Assembly (NCBI GenBank): GCA_023441255.1
Contig: JAEZPW010000356.1
Coordinates: forward strand, 1-18,332
Direction of reading: 5' to 3'
Source: Acidobacteriota bacterium
Lineage (GTDB): Bacteria > Acidobacteriota > Terriglobia > Terriglobales > Acidobacteriaceae
DNA: 18,332 bases
The translations under genes and the position numbers were made by a program. Numbering within the stretch: the first letter of the stretch is position 1; each line of letters opens with the position of its first letter. The notes below the pieces were generated by a model. It made no database searches, was not told the origin of the DNA, and saw nothing but the letters and a program-made list of their open reading frames with translations. Positions 16,781 to 18,332 of the stretch are shown here, in pieces.

Positions 16781-17332
16781 ATGCAACCCATGGTGATTGA
16801 AAGGCGGAGCGGATCCACAGCCTTGGGAGTGCTGCTCATCATTCTTGGCGCGATTGCAGTGATGGCACCATTCTTGGCCGCTTTCGTCTTGATCAGGATA
16901 ATAGCGTGGCTTCTGATCTTTGCGGCGATCGAGCAGGCTATACATGCGTTTCGAAGCAGCGGCGAAGGAGGTCTGTTTATCAAAATTGCCCTCGCTGTGC
17001 TATACGCGGTGGCCGGAGGCGCGCTACTCACCAGGCCGGTGACGGGTGGCATCGCTGCAACCGCCATCATTGGTGTGTTGTTGGTAGCCGACGGCATTAC
17101 GGAGATCTTCCTGGGCGTGCAACTGCTCCGCACATTTGCGAGAGGTGGGTGGCTGCTTGCTGGCGGAGTACTGTCCCTCCTCCTTGGCGCGCTTATCCTG
17201 TATCGGCTTCCCTGGAGTATGGCGGCAGTTGGCTTGTTGATTGGCATTCGTCTGATCTTCAAAGGAATCGAACAGATTGCACTTCGATCTGCGGCCACAA
17301 GAACACAACGGATCGAGGGCCGGGCAGCATGA
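16781..17332 (+). CDS. HdeD/DUF308 family integral membrane protein
   Basis: 183 aa with multiple predicted TM helices: TALGVLLIILGAIAVMAPFLAAF..LLIFAAIEQAIHAF...ATAIIGVLLVADGITEIFLG...WLLAGGVLSLLLGALILYRLPWSMAAVGLLIGIRLIFKG. Strong GGAGG ribosome-binding site. Confidence 0.88.
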   Translation: MQPMVIERRSGSTALGVLLIILGAIAVMAPFLAAFVLIRIIAWLLIFAAIEQAIHAFRSSGEGGLFIKIALAVLYAVAGGALLTRPVTGGIAATAIIGVLLVADGITEIFLGVQLLRTFARGGWLLAGGVLSLLLGALILYRLPWSMAAVGLLIGIRLIFKGIEQIALRSAATRTQRIEGRAA

Positions 17333-17370
17333 CTGGCACGGTCCCGGATTAGGAACACGGGGATCACCAC

Positions 17371-17805
17371 ATGGTTGAAAGAATCGGTTCACTTTTGCAA
17401 ACCAAAGGATCTGCGATTCATTCGGTGGGTCCGGATGCCACGGTTTATGAAGCGATGCACTTGATGGCGCAAAAGGGAATCGGCGCCGTCCTCGTGACCG
17501 ATCAGGGAAAGCTCCTTGGCATCTTCTCCGCGAAGGATTATGGGACCAGAATTGTCTTGGAAGGCAAGAATGGAAAGGATGTTCTCGCTCGGGAGGTCAT
17601 GACGAGTCCCGTCCTGACGGTCGGTCCCGACATGGACATTGTGGACGCTATGGACATCATTACCACGAAGAACATTCGGCATCTGCCGGTAATCGACAAT
17701 GGCGAACTGGTGGGGGTGGTGACTCTAGGCGATCTGGTCCGCGCTGTGTTGGCCCACAAACGGCACACGATCGACCAGTTGATGAGGTACGTAGGACAGA
17801 AGTGA
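17371..17805 (+). CDS. Stand-alone CBS-pair domain protein
   Basis: 144 aa: AIHSVGPDATVYEAMHLMAQKGIGAVLVTDQGKLLGIFSAKDYGTRIVL...VMTSPVLTVGPDMDIVDAMDIITTKNIRHLPVIDNGELVGVVTLGDLVRAVL. Confidence 0.93.
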   Translation: MVERIGSLLQTKGSAIHSVGPDATVYEAMHLMAQKGIGAVLVTDQGKLLGIFSAKDYGTRIVLEGKNGKDVLAREVMTSPVLTVGPDMDIVDAMDIITTKNIRHLPVIDNGELVGVVTLGDLVRAVLAHKRHTIDQLMRYVGQK

Positions 17806-17888
17806 ATCTTACGATTAATTCAACTCCGCAAGCCTTTCGTCGAAACCAATATCGCGTTGGTGGGCAATCTAAACAGCGATCCAACATT

Positions 17889-18332
17889 TCAGCGTGCGAT
17901 CCGAGCACCAGAGCCCTTCATCACATTGAGCACTTCCTTAAGCGTAACCATCGTCGTGTCGCCGGGAGTAGTCATCGCCAGCGCGCCGTGGGCTGCACCA
18001 CAGTCGACCGCCCACTGCGCAGCTTGTCCGGTCAGTAACCCGTAGATCAGGCCCGAAGCGAACGAATCGCCACCGCCAACGCGATCATAGATTTCAAGAT
18101 CCTCGCGAGCCTGTGCCTCGAAGAACTGCCCTTCGTAATAGCAGATTGCGCCCCAGTCGTTCCTCGTTGCCGTTTTCGCCTTGCGTAGTGTCGTCGCGAC
18201 AACCTCGAATGGGAACTTCTTGACTACCTTCTCAATCATCTTCTTGAACCCATCGATCTCGAAGTTCTGGATGTTCTCATCGCCGCCTTCGACATCGAAT
18301 CCTAACGCGGCCGAGAAATCCTCTTCGTTCCC
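17889..18332 (-). CDS. PfkB-family carbohydrate kinase (2-keto-3-deoxygluconate kinase-like), partial, N-terminus beyond right edge
   Basis: GNEEDFSAALG...NDWGAICYYEGQFFEAQAREDLEIYDRVGGGDSFASGLIYGLLTG...HGALAMTTPGDTTMVTLKEV: C-terminal PfkB signature DRVGGGDSFASG. Confidence 0.9.
   Translation of the reverse strand, partial: GNEEDFSAALGFDVEGGDENIQNFEIDGFKKMIEKVVKKFPFEVVATTLRKAKTATRNDWGAICYYEGQFFEAQAREDLEIYDRVGGGDSFASGLIYGLLTGQAAQWAVDCGAAHGALAMTTPGDTTMVTLKEVLNVMKGSGARIAR

Overview
High-GC bacterial window, Acidobacteria-like in character (taxonomy is inference only). From left to right it contains: (1) an α2-macroglobulin-like protein with an intact CTEQ thioester motif, minus strand, running off the left edge, preceded by an ATGA-overlapping DUF1175/YfaT-like gene; (2) an S41/CtpA-like protease homologue whose expected catalytic Ser and Lys positions read Gly and Val; (3) a degenerate ~16-17 bp minisatellite, a strong hairpin, and a tRNA with CAT anticodon; (4) a leftward arsR-acr3-arsC operon; (5) diverging from it, a rightward transcription unit encoding a 60-aa Cys-rich microprotein, HgcA (corrinoid protein with the signature NVWCAAGK cap-helix motif) and HgcB (2x[4Fe-4S] ferredoxin), i.e. 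the mercury-methylation gene pair; (6) a PAS hybrid histidine kinase, convergent with hgcAB; (7) a rightward cluster of cyclase, SCP2-like, amylo-alpha-1,6-glucosidase, HdeD and CBS genes; (8) the C-terminal part of a PfkB-family sugar kinase on the minus strand. The main signal is the compact ars/hgc divergon. Its 114-bp intergenic region carries back-to-back promoters with overlapping -35 elements and two related 20-bp inverted repeats (ATATTCGC-N4-GCGAATAY type), which suggests direct ArsR co-control of arsenic resistance and mercury methylation. The Cys-rich microprotein appears to be the first gene of the hgc unit.
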